Assembly (NCBI RefSeq): GCF_006345805.1
Contig: NC_042999.1
Span: 166,594,001-166,658,000 of the forward strand
Direction of reading: 5' to 3'
Length of the DNA stretch: 64,000 bases
Origin: Octopus sinensis
Lineage: Eukaryota
The notes under the pieces are model-generated. The model searched no databases and had not been told where the DNA came from. It saw only the letters and a list, made by a program, of their open reading frames with translations. Shown here piece after piece: positions 38,501 through 48,689 of the stretch (its first letter is position 1; each line of letters begins with the position of its first letter). Both the position numbers and the translations under genes were made by a program.

Positions 38501-41500
38501 GCTGTGTGTTTACTGATTCACAAAACGAATGAATGAATCATTAAGTACCACTTGTGTGATATAAAGAATGTTCTGGTTTTGACAGAAAAAGGCAGTTGAA
38601 GATGAAGAGAGAAAGAGAAAAGAGAAGGTTCGATTACAATGGAGAAATCCTATGTCTGACAGCAGTGATGAGAGCGGCATAGAATCTGATAATGAATCTA
38701 ACGACTCACAGAAGTAAGAAACAATTTCATTTTTAATTACTTTGTCTGTTCTTTATCTGTCATGTAATCAATAAACTGACAACTTTTAATCATAACTTGT
38801 TTATTGGATTTATTTATTTATTTTTTTTTTGCTTTTTTTCTCAAGGAGATAACTGTTGAAAGAAGATCATTGTAATGTAAAAGTACAAATTATCTCAATA
38901 AACAGAGAAAAAAAATAATGAAGGATACACTCAAAAGAAATGAATTGGTCATTGAAAGAATGCATTTGATTATATACAGTTGCTCGATCAACTGACCTGA
39001 TTCTAAGCAACATCAACAACAAATGAATCCAAATCTTATTTGGTTTTGAACACAATTTGTTCCATCTTTATCTGACTGAAGAAACAAAAATAAAAATATA
39101 AAAAGCATTTAAGTGTGAGATGATGTGAAATGCCTTTCTAGGCTAACAAACATAGGCGCAGGAGTGGCTGTGTGGTAAGTAGCTTGCTAACCAACCACAT
39201 GGTTCTGGGTTCAGTCCCACTGCGTGGCATCTTGGGCAAGTGTCTTCTGCTATAGCCCCGGGCCGACCAATGCCTTGTGAGTGGATTTGGTAGACGGAAA
39301 CTGAAAGAAGCCTGTCGTATATATGTGTATGTGTGTGTGTGTGTGTCCCTAGCATTGCTTGACAACCGATGCTGGTGTGTTTACGTCCCCGTCACTTAGC
39401 AGTTCGGCAAAAGAGACCGATAGAATAAGTACTGGGCTTACAAAGAATAAGTCCCGGGGTCAATTTGCTCAACTAAAGGCGGTGCTCCAGCATGGCCGCA
39501 GTCAAATGACTGAAACAAGTAAAAGAGTAAAGAGTAAATGTTAATAATAAAATGAACTAAAGAAAAACCCTCAAGTGAGCCAATAGCATGAATTTATGTA
39601 ATCATGTTAAGGAGTAAGGGACTGACTTACTACATCAGCATTTTCAGTTAATTGCAATTTCCAACCATGATGAAAGTGCATAACCCTTCTTGCTTCATAG
39701 CTGAGTGTTTAGCAACAGGAAGAGCATCCAGCTCTAAGGCTGATTTCTCCAGTAAGAACAATCTGTTACACTATATTTCATTTAAATTTACAAACATCTA
39801 GTTCTAAATGCTACTGTTTAGGTAACCTAATTTTTTTCTTTCTACTGTTTAGTCAGGGAAGAAAAAGTTGTGCCTTTGATCCCATTTTTGTTAGTCTCTG
39901 AGGCTAAAGAGGGTGGGAAGGTAGTTATCCATGAACTGGAAACCTGATCCAAATGCTTGCAACTGAGTGAACTCTGCTAAATGCACCCAAGAACCAGGTG
40001 GTAGTGCAAAACTGAGCAATGGATTAAGTCTATGACCCAAGAATTCAGAATAAAAAGAGCTGAACAAATACTGCAAAGCACCTCGCCTAACATTCTAAAA
40101 ATGTCACTAATCCACTTTTCTGAACTGGTCCTTTATTTTGAACACCCTGAAATGATGAAAGACAAGTTGATCTTGTTTGGGATTTGAATTTATAGCACAC
40201 ACAACCAGAACAAATACTGTCTGGCATTTTGTCCTACACTTTAGCAACTCTACGAATTACTGTCTATAGAGATAGATTTAAATACAAAGAGGGAGAAATA
40301 TAGGCTTAGAATGGATGTTTTGATAACAATTTTCAATTTGAATTTTGTACCTAATTAATGTTATTGACTGTCTTTGATTAATATGACTACTGTTTTTGGT
40401 TATTCCAATGTAATTTATTTCTAAAAATATTCTTATTTTTTCTAATTAAAAATCATCATCATCATCATCATCGTTTAACGTCCGCTTTCCATGCTAGCAT
40501 GGGTTGGACGGTTCAACTGGGGTCTGGCAAGCCCGAAGGCTGCACCAGGCCAGTCAGATCTGGCAGTGTTTCTACAGCTGGATGCCCTTCCTAACGCCAA
40601 CCACTCCGAGAGTGTAGTGGGTGATTTTATGTGCCACCGACACAGGTGCCAGACGAGGCTGGCAGACGGCCACGCTCGGATGGTGTTTTTTATGTGCCAC
40701 CGACACAGGTGCCAGACGAGGCTGGCTGACGGCCATGCTCGGATGGTGTTTTCTTATGTGCCACCGACACAGGTGCCAGACGGGGCTGGCGGACGGCCAC
40801 GCTCGGATGGTGTTTTTTATGTGCCACCGACACAGGTGCCAGACGAGGCTGGCTGACGGCCACGCTCGGATGGTGTTTTCTTATGTGTCACCGACACAGG
40901 TGCCAGACGGGGCTGGCGGACGGCCACGCTCGGATGGTGTTTTTTATGTGCCACCGACACAGGTGCCAGACGAGGCTGGCTGACGGCCACGCTCGGATGG
41001 TGTTTTTTATGTGCCACCGACACAGGTGCCAGACGAGGCTGGCCGACGGCCACGCTCGGATGGTTTTTTTATGTGCCACCGACACAGGTGCCAGACGGGG
41101 CTGGCGACGGCCACGCTCGGATGGTGTTTTTTATGTGCCACCGACACAGGTGCCAGACGGGGCTGGCGGACGGCCACGCTCGGATGGTGTTTTTTATGTG
41201 CCACCGACACAGGTGCCAGACGAGGCTGGCCGACGGCCACGCTCGGATATGAAAATGTTATATTTGTGGATGGTCCTATTTTTTTTGCCAGTTAACCTCT
41301 TGCACTATATGCAAGTTCTTCACTTCAGCTTCAAAGCTGAGATGAAGAACAAGTGTATAATGCATGTAATTAATTAGTAAAATAAAAAAAAAAAAAAGAA
41401 TGACCATCCTCAAATATAAAGATAAAATATTTCTTTGTTTATTGTGAGTCTTGATGATAATAAAACTGTAACCATGACAAATGAGGTAGCATAACTTAGC

Positions 41501-44500
41501 ATATGTGAAAACTACTTATTATTAACATTTACTCTTTACTCTTTTACTCGTTTCAGTCATTTGACTGCGGCCATGCTGGAGCACCGCCTTTAGTCGAGCA
41601 AATCGACCCCGGGACTTATTCTTTGTAAGCCCAGTACTTATTCTATCGGTCTCTTTTGCCGAACCGCTAAGTGACGGGGACATAAACACACCAGCATCGG
41701 TTGTCAAGCAATGCTAGGGGGACAAACACAGACACACAAACACACATACATATATATATATATATACATATATACGACAGGCTTCTTTCAGTTTCCGTCT
41801 ACCAAATCCACTCACAAGGCATTGGTCGGCCCGAGGCTATAGTGGAAGACACTTGCCCAAGATGCCATGCAGTGGGACTGAACCCAGAACCATGTGGTTG
41901 GTTAGCAAGCTACTTACCACACAGCCACTCCGGTGCCTATTTATTTGTCTAAAATCCTTATTCAGTATGTTTAATACTTTTAATTCAATGGTTTTTTTTT
42001 ATGGCAATTTAATTCAAATTCCCTGCAAAGTTTCTTCTCAAGTATATTGCCTTCATTACAATTGGTCCTGACTTCAATGCTTTTGGATTTTGTAAGTAAA
42101 TATGTGTGAAACAACATATATCATTTTATTATTGTTTTTTTTTCAGTGACTTAGATGGAACCAAATCAATAGTGTCTGAAAGTTCCTCATCAATGAACAA
42201 TAGCTCCAGTGATAAGAAACCCACAATTACTGAGTACCCTTCAAACAGGAAAAAATCAATTCATGCTAGACCATATACACCACAACATAACAATATAGCT
42301 CATTGTGTTAGCAATATAAATGGGTTTGTATCTGTTGCATTATTACAATTTAATATTTTAATTTGTGACTTGGGTTTCATCCATCTCTCATCTCTTAGAA
42401 CAAAAGTTTCTTGTCAGATCTCACCAATGCATTTGTATGTTGATGAGGGTTTCTGAACCACACTATTAACTGTAGTGGGACCTGAAATTCCTCCTGTATA
42501 TCAAAGACCTATCTACTGTTACCACTAAGAACAATTTCCTCCTATGCAAATGATACCACTCTTTACTGATCCTTGACTTTCTGCATACAGGCAACATTCA
42601 CTTGCAACCTAGACATCTCACATTAGACATACATCACCTTCATGAACAGATATCTCAAAAAATATTCTCCATTGGTTTGTATTAATTATGTCCTCTTCAA
42701 GAAAATATACTTGTGTCACACTTTCTCAAATCATGATAACATGCAACTGAAACTTTTAAAATGCTTTAAAATTAAAAATGCTAAACCTCACAGTCACTAG
42801 TGTTTATTCCTGACTATCTCACATCCACAGCATAATAAAAACCAGGGTCCAAAGATTTGCTCTTTTGAGCTAGAACATGCTTCAGCAGTTAGCTCTATAT
42901 GAAAATCAAGAAAGTCCTTTAATGGAATATACTTCCTATATCTGGAATGGTACTGTTGCTGCATACATGAGCATCTTAGTTGGCATCCAGAAAAGGTCAT
43001 GTGATTGATTATCATGGAATTACTCACTACCACGCTCCAACCTCTGGCTTATAGAAGAGCTGTCTCCTCACTCTGCTTTTTCTACTATAACTAAGCCTTT
43101 GCACCTTGCTGCTAGTTGATCTTGTACAACCTCCATCCAGATGCATACAACACTCATTCATGTATATCTGAAGAATATAGTTGTAGCTTTACTCTTAGAT
43201 AAAGACTTATTATCATATTGTTAGTGAAGCATTCATCTTTTACTCTATAGCCATTTACATTATTGTCTTTTTATTGCAGGGACTCTTTATTCCGACAGCT
43301 ATGTGCTCTCCATTGGCTATTGGAAGCTTCCAGCAATGATTCAAATCATTCTATGAATCACATCCATTCTTCTTGGAATATAGAGTAAGTAAATAGCCAT
43401 AATTATTTCTGGTTAAGAAAATAGAAATATATTAATAAAGAATTCATTGCTTATATCACCCTATATATTTCAGGGATATTGGTGGATCAAAGATATTCTT
43501 AAAGAAATTTCAGAAACAAAGATTAGATTACTTCAACACTTCTGGAATCATTGGAAACGTTGGTTAAAAACTTGTTCTCTCTTAAATTTTTATTGATTGT
43601 TGCTTATTATATTTATGTTGTTTATATTAGACAAACAAAATTGCCTTGATTGTTTTTTAGAAAAAAGGATAATTGCTTTCAGTAAAACAAAGTGAGAAAA
43701 TTTTCAAATCTAAGAAACTCATTCTTTTACATCATAGATATGTCAAATAATTTGAAATATATATACATTTAAAAATTTTGTTGGTGAAAGTAATCTTGTG
43801 TGTGTGTGTGTGTGTGTGTACATGCGTGCACATATATATGAATGATGAACACATGAAAGGGTTTAAAGTAAGATGTATGTGTTGATGATAATAATTGTAA
43901 ATATCTTTTTTTTTTCTAGAATACATGTTACTTAAACTTGAGGTCCACCCTTACTGTGCGATGCACAAGGCTTCAAGCTTCTTCATGCATAGTCAATCTC
44001 TTACAGTGTTCCTACTTCTGCCTAACTAGACCCAATACATTTGAGGTTCTCTTTGAATGTCTGGTGCCAGATGTTCTTAGTCTAGCACTTCTCCCAGTTT
44101 CTTTCTGGTTTCCATGTCTTTGCAGTCTTTGCATGAGTTGCCAGGTGAAACTGATGCAGTACTATGTTTTACCACATATATATGTATACTCTTTTATTTT
44201 TGTTGAAGTACATAGTGGGTGTGAAGGCACATAGTTTAATGGTGAAGGTGTTGAGTTTGTGAACATAATGTTGTAGGTTTGACTCCAGGGTTGGGTGATG
44301 AATTGTCTCCCAGAGCAAGGCAAATTGTTCTCACGTTGCTTCGGTTTATTCGACTGAAAAATGAATAACAGCCAAGTACTGATGCTGCCTTCACTGTCCT
44401 CCAGCTGACACATCTTCAATATTCCATTCGGTTAAAGTGAGAGACTGAGAGGGTGTCTATGTCTGTTCATAACTACACAGCCACCTAAAATAATTAGCAA

Positions 44501-46989
44501 AAGCATTGTACAAACTCGCTTGCAAATAATGGTTAGACTTTTATATAGTGTAATTATTATTTTTAGAAGTAAAATACAAATTATGTCACATATTGAATTG
44601 ATACAGAATAAGTTTAACAAGGAAATTCAATATATATTGTTTGATTTTTTAACCAATATTTATGCTTGTAACAGGATCTGGAATCGGTATCACTGGAGGG
44701 GTGTCCGATCCGATCCCGTCACATTCAATTTAGTTAGATATAACAGACGAAGTCAGGTTATCTGGGAAAGACAGCAAATGTTGTTTATTACTCGTGATGG
44801 TGTAGATCTGGTGTACGTATTTCTGAGGGGAACCGACAGCCAAATCTGTTGTACTGCTTCTTGTTGGTTTGTCGAAGTGATTCGATGTGGTCTGCTGCTA
44901 AGTCAGTGCGTAGTTCTCAGAGACTGCTAATGCACGTCTGTTCACGAGGGCTTTTGGAGCCAGAGAGAGTGAGTGAGTGGACGGTGTTTTAGGGGTCAGT
45001 TTCCCGCACATGCGCATGGGGAAGACTTCCGGTGGCTACATGCGTGCTGAACCTTACACAGCAGCATCACTACATGCTGTATTAAGCATGAGTGCCATTA
45101 TCTGTTTTGCTGTGAAATAATACATTAGCTACTCTTCTGTATGATTTTAGAACAAATGTATTTTAATTGAAACTTTTATATCGTTTCAGTTTAGCTGGTA
45201 GACTTAGTCTGTTACCTCCTTTCACACCACTATCTGCTCCTATTTTTTGCAAGAGCTCACTCTATTGAAAATGCAAGCATTCAGATCGATCTCTGGTTTA
45301 AGGATAACTTCCTCTATTCTTCCCATCAGTCTTGGAAGCCTTGAAAAAGTAAAGTGCCCTTAATGCTGTACTTCCCTTCCTGACAAAATGGTAAAGAAAA
45401 AAATCCTAGTTTAAAACTGCTAAATATCTGATTACTTTTATCAATCGACATTCAATCTAACCCAGTGTTTCTCAACTGGGGTCTGTATGGCCCTTGGAGT
45501 CCACATAAGATTTTGTTATTAAAATTTACGTGCAATGAATAGATTATATTTCTTCTATACACAAAATATTTTAACGATTTTTTTATATATAATTTTTAAT
45601 TATATTTAATTATAAAAATATGATAGGATTTTTAAAACATAGAATAGGTAGGAAGGTAGATATAAGTAAAATAGGAATCAAAGGGGTCCGTAAGTAAAAA
45701 ATGGTTGAGAAACACTGATCTAACACCTCTCTTTTGCAACCAGTCAGATAATTTAAAGATCTTTCTCTTGAAGTATGTTATTTACCAATATTTGTATGAA
45801 ATGTCTTCTCTTAAGACTCCATTTTGTTGCAGTTTTGTAAATGTTTATCTTAGTTCAATTGGCCTCTGTTGTCTTTGTTCACAGGTTTTTATTTCATCAT
45901 GAATTACTATTTTGAATTTGTACCTTCTCCTCACTCTTTTTTTCCTTTTGTTTATTCCAGAAAGGACTTTGGTTGGAGTTTTAAAATTAATTTTAAGGAG
46001 TTTTTGTTTAAATTTTCAATCACTTAGCTGTTGAACATACTTTCTCTCTTCTTACTCTTTTACTTGTTTCAGTCATTCGACTGTGGCCATGCTGAAGCAC
46101 CGCCTTTAATCGAGCAACTTGACCCCGGGACTTATTCTTTTGTAAGCCCAGTACTTATTCTATCGGTCTCTTTTGCCGAACCGCTAAGTAACGGAGACAT
46201 AAACACACCAGCATCGGTTGTCAAGCAATGCTAGGGGGACACACAGAGACACACAAACACACACATATATATACATATATACGATGGGCTTCTTTCAGTT
46301 TCCGTCTACCAAATCCACTCACAAGGCATTGGTCGGTCTGAGGCTATAGCAGAAGACACTTGCCCAAGATGCCACGCAGTGGAACTGAACCCGGAACCAT
46401 GTGGTTGGTTAGCAAGCTAATTACCACACAGCCACTCCTGTGTCTATGTAATGAGTTATCATCAAATCTGGGTTTTTTTGATTTTTGATTTTCTTTCATT
46501 GACTTGTTCTTGAGGAAAGAGCTGTACATATAGTTTCTGCAGACCCTCAAATACCAGTGAGACCGACACAGTGTTTACCTTGAATAGTTTATAGTGTGGA
46601 GTAATAGAAAACATTGTCTGAGTATGAGTAGAAAGAGTCTTGCATTTAAATTTTTAGTCATAAACTATAAACTTAATGTTCTGATGAGTATAATTCCTTT
46701 CATAACACCAATTTAAATTCTTTAAAACTTTACCATTGAGCTTGAAGAATAACACCTTTAATGTAAATTATTTTATAGGCCTGTTATAAATTGGCATCTG
46801 GCCGGAAGCAATATGGCTATATGACACGTCGCTCAAGTAGTCGGCGGAGTTCATATACTACAGGGTTAAGTGTAAGTACAACACCAATTCATCAATCTCA
46901 AGAAGTTGCTAGTCCATCTTATCGAACGGAATCTAGTCTTACTGAAGATTGTCTTGAAATGTTAAATGAAGATAATAGCTCGGTATCAT
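20245..46989 (+). CDS. CCDC60: CCDC60-like (coiled-coil domain-containing 60, ciliary) gene, 5' nine coding exons: 20245-20526, 31476-31568, 33053-33126, 36007-36076, 38586-38713, 42147-42323, 43280-43384, 43474-43558, 46779-46989
   Basis: AG acceptors and GT donors (one GC) with a consistent phase chain 0,0,2,0,2,2,2,0,1. The spliced product contains KKQLNTLNKAISNGRVLVRNVSLGRDLF, ARPYTPQH, DSLFRQLCALHWLLEA and SWNIEDIGGSK. These match my recollection of human CCDC60 (SRFLIQSVKIGRGYF, RPFTPIH, EPLFRQLCALHWLLEAL, CWNPKDPGGSK). Confidence 0.85.
21200..21726. repeat. diverged ~520-bp repeat, direct copy at about 26905-27465
   Basis: Long colinear matches such as aaatcagcaatgtgtcttgtcat and atgtatccttctgcagccagcagtaattggataaaat. 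Confidence 0.85.
22030..25685 (-). mobile_element. decayed Ty3/Gypsy internal region (gag-PR-RT-partial RH-INT)
   Basis: gag EHLGNKMPTQLL; protease FLVDSGA; RT WASSLYMVPK...KYPI...FSKLDLV; RH end ADALS; integrase LHNLSH, VRALVSGWI...ITMD; C-terminal TTHSGCHVHWP; many stops and frameshifts. Confidence 0.9.
25132..25331. mobile_element. piggyBac-type MITE inserted in Gypsy gag
   Basis: TTAA|ccctttag...ctaaaggg|TTAA. Confidence 0.8.
25687..26105 (-). mobile_element. RTE 3' UTR copy inserted at the Gypsy gag start
   Basis: (cat)n tail plus UTR repeats. Confidence 0.88.
26496..26888 (+). mobile_element. SINE family A
   Basis: High similarity to other copies. Confidence 0.9.
27477..27698. mobile_element. 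piggyBac-type MITE; inverted partial relative at about 16665-16885
   Basis: ccctttt...aaagga|TTAA ends; reverse-complement similarity to 16665-16885. Confidence 0.6.
27806..27970 (+). mobile_element. mariner-type left end
   Basis: tatgagggggtgaggctgaaaagttcctggcttt resembles mariner TIRs. Confidence 0.55.
29222..29610 (+). mobile_element. SINE family A
   Basis: High similarity to other copies. Confidence 0.9.
29950..30502 (+). mobile_element. RTE 3' UTR copy
   Basis: UTR repeats ending in ggacgttaaacaatgatgatg. Confidence 0.88.
30780..31187 (-). mobile_element. SINE family A
   Basis: Reverse-complement copy. Confidence 0.9.
31476..31568 (+). CDS. CCDC60: CCDC60-like exon (DVNKKNTN...RPPSRSY)
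   Basis: ttttag|GAT...TAT|gtaagt, 93 nt, open, phase 0-0. Confidence 0.75.
31921..32289 (-). mobile_element. complete non-autonomous Helitron, same family
   Basis: Reverse-complement copy with the same termini. Confidence 0.9.
33053..33126 (+). CDS. CCDC60: CCDC60-like exon (AVTKMINLRSKKQLNTLNKAISNG)
   Basis: ttttatgcag|GCT...GGCAG|gtaatt, 74 nt, phase 0-2. Confidence 0.75.
36007..36076 (+). CDS. CCDC60: CCDC60-like exon (RVLVRNVSLGRDLFVMIKETEHKK)
   Basis: ttttcag|G...AAG|gtatgt, 70 nt, phase 2-0; conserved motif. Confidence 0.85.
36540..36940 (-). mobile_element. SINE family A
   Basis: Reverse-complement copy. Confidence 0.9.
37527..37737 (-). mobile_element. SINE family B, short monomer
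   Basis: Same head and core (ggtacttaatttatc), tail ggcacaaggcctgaaatttt. Confidence 0.85.
37923..38201. mobile_element. hAT MITE
   Basis: TIR ca(g/t)tggcggactgg; perfect 8-bp TSD actgcaac. Confidence 0.85.
38586..38713 (+). CDS. CCDC60: CCDC60-like exon (KKAVEDEERKRKEKVRLQW...SNDSQ)
   Basis: ttttgacag|AAA...CAGAA|gtaaga, 128 nt, phase 0-2; charged, coiled-coil-like. Confidence 0.8.
39155..39538 (+). mobile_element. SINE family A
   Basis: Full-length copy. Confidence 0.9.
40453..41248 (-). mobile_element. RTE 3' UTR copy with an expanded 62-64-bp tandem array
   Basis: (cat)n tail, conserved UTR segment, then 10 tandem units from 40631. Confidence 0.9.
41526..41937 (-). mobile_element. SINE family A
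   Basis: Full-length reverse copy. Confidence 0.9.
42147..42323 (+). CDS. CCDC60: CCDC60-like exon (DLDGTKS...ARPYTPQHNNIAHCVSNIN)
   Basis: tttttcag|T...AATGG|gtttgt, 177 nt, phase 2-2; RPYTP motif. Confidence 0.8.
43280..43384 (+). CDS. CCDC60: CCDC60-like exon (DSLFRQLCALHWLLEASS...SWNI)
   Basis: ttattgcag|G...ATAGA|gtaagt, 105 nt; carries the most diagnostic motif LFRQLCALHWLLEA. Confidence 0.92.
43474..43558 (+). CDS. CCDC60: CCDC60-like exon (DIGGSKIFLKKFQKQR...IIGN)
   Basis: atttcag|G after an 89-nt intron; donor gttggt chosen because it gives phase 0 for the next exon. Confidence 0.75.
44667..45074 (-). mobile_element. solo LTR (Gypsy-type)
   Basis: TG...CA termini (tgtaaca...actaca), 4-bp TSD tgct on both sides, AATAAA on the minus strand, GC-richer than flanks. 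Confidence 0.75.
45463..45717. mobile_element. hAT (Charlie-like) MITE
   Basis: TIR cagtgtttctcaac; TSD atctaacc/atctaaca (7 of 8). Confidence 0.85.
46040..46441 (-). mobile_element. SINE family A
   Basis: Full-length reverse copy. Confidence 0.9.
46779..46989 (+). CDS. CCDC60: CCDC60-like exon (ACYKLASGRK...RRSSSRRSSYTTG...NSSVS)
   Basis: ttttatag|GCC...TCAT|gtaagt, 211 nt open, Ser/Arg-rich, phase 0-1. Confidence 0.78.
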
Positions 46990-47845
46990 GTAAGTCATTT
47001 GTAATTTTCATTTGATGCTTCTTTATTTTTGGTGTTGAAATGTTTTATTCTTTAAATATTTTAGATTGTTCAGGTAATTCTATTATGAAGTGTTTCTAAG
47101 TATTTTCAAGCAACTGAATCAAATCCATGGTAAGTGCCCTTTGGCACTTACATACCAATGTGGCAGTTACGATAATCTAGTCAAATAGTAAGATGAAAGT
47201 ATTCTGTTACTTTGTAATTTGGCTTTCTTAGCACTTTGAATCAGATAGATGTGGGATGACGTCAGCAGCTGGGTGCGTTGACCGGAAGCTGGGGCAACCG
47301 GAAGGGGCAGCTGTGAGGCGTGCGCAGGCAGCGGTGAATTGGGCCTTTCCAATGTGGGTCGTCCAGGTGACAAGACGTGTGAGGACGTCGCTAAGGATTT
47401 GGGCTAGCAGCTGCTATCGTTAGTGTTTGGGTCGGGGCTGTGTCGAAGGACTAGTTACCACTAGAGGGTCTCCATCACGAGGAAGAGAAGGTAGGTGCCT
47501 TTATATTCAAATCGCGCACACACCACAATAGAATCACTATTAAAATTCTATGAGGTTTATCAAATAAAAAAGAAGACGAAACTCTTGAAAGAGCATACCA
47601 GCTAGCTGACCCAGCACGCTTGTGACTGCAGTGCTCTGTACAGGGGATCTGGACTTGTAGTTTAATTATAATAGCACATCATTCCCTCTTAGTTAATCAT
47701 TGGTCCACACAGATCATAATGAACATTTTTTTTTGTGCACTTGGCAATTTGTTACATTTAACAATGAAGGAGTTGGAAGTGGAATGTGTTTTGTGAAATT
47801 ATGTTTCAAAATGCATGAAACTCAGTCCTTTAGTCACTTTGTAAT

Positions 47846-48200
47846 TTCATCATCATCATCATCATTATCATCATTTACCGTCCGTTTTCCATGCTAGCAT
47901 GGGTTGGACGGTTCGACTGGGGTCTGGTAAGCCATGGAGACTGCACCAAGCTCCAGTCTGATTTGGCAATGTTTCTACAGCTGGATGCCCTTCCTAATGC
48001 CAACCACTCCGTGAGTGTAGTGGGTGTTTTTTACATGCCACCGGCACAGGAGCCAGAGCAGGCTGGCAAACAACCACGATCGGTTGGTGCTTTTACGTGT
48101 CACTGACACGGACGCCAATCAGGCGACGCTAGTATCTGCCATGTTCGGACGGTGCTTTTTACGTGTCACTGGCACAGGTGTCTTAACTACAGTTTCCATT
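47846..48200 (-). mobile_element. RTE 3' UTR copy
   Basis: (cat)n tail plus UTR repeats. Confidence 0.85.
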
Positions 48201-48689
48201 TGAATTTTTATTTTGATTTTTATTTTGTAATTTCTGTCAACTAAAAAAAAATACGAAAAAAAAACGAAGAGGCTTTTATGGAAATTTTTCTAATGTTGCA
48301 ACAGGCTTTTAGAGAGGATTGTTTGAGCCATCTGCAATACCATGAGTGATACCAGCATCTCATATTACAATGAACTTCTACCAATGGTGATCCCAAATTT
48401 GGATGACTTTCCACAACAGACAATGGTCACATTGTGAAGGTGCATGCTGTGACCTGTAAAATGTGTTGTTTGACTACCTGTAAAGCTTCCAAAACAGTAG
48501 TCATCAGTAAAAGTCCACACTACATGATTTTAAAAAGAAAATGAAAGATGCATTGTGTTGCTGCAAAATTTATGCTATGACAGATGAATCATAGTCAACC
48601 AGGAGTTGTTTGATCATTTGAATGCTGCTAAAAACTTTCTGAAAAGTGTTTTAGCATATGGTGAAATAAGGTGACCAGTTAGAATGTTG

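Noticed and set aside
40631-41248. CRISPR-like array
   Set aside because: Units are contiguous near-identical repeats with no unique spacers, the context is eukaryotic, and the unit derives from the RTE 3' UTR.
47065-47129. Micro-exon candidates 47065-47073 and 47111-47129
   Set aside because: They are only 37 nt apart, one has a weak AAG acceptor, and neither has homology support.
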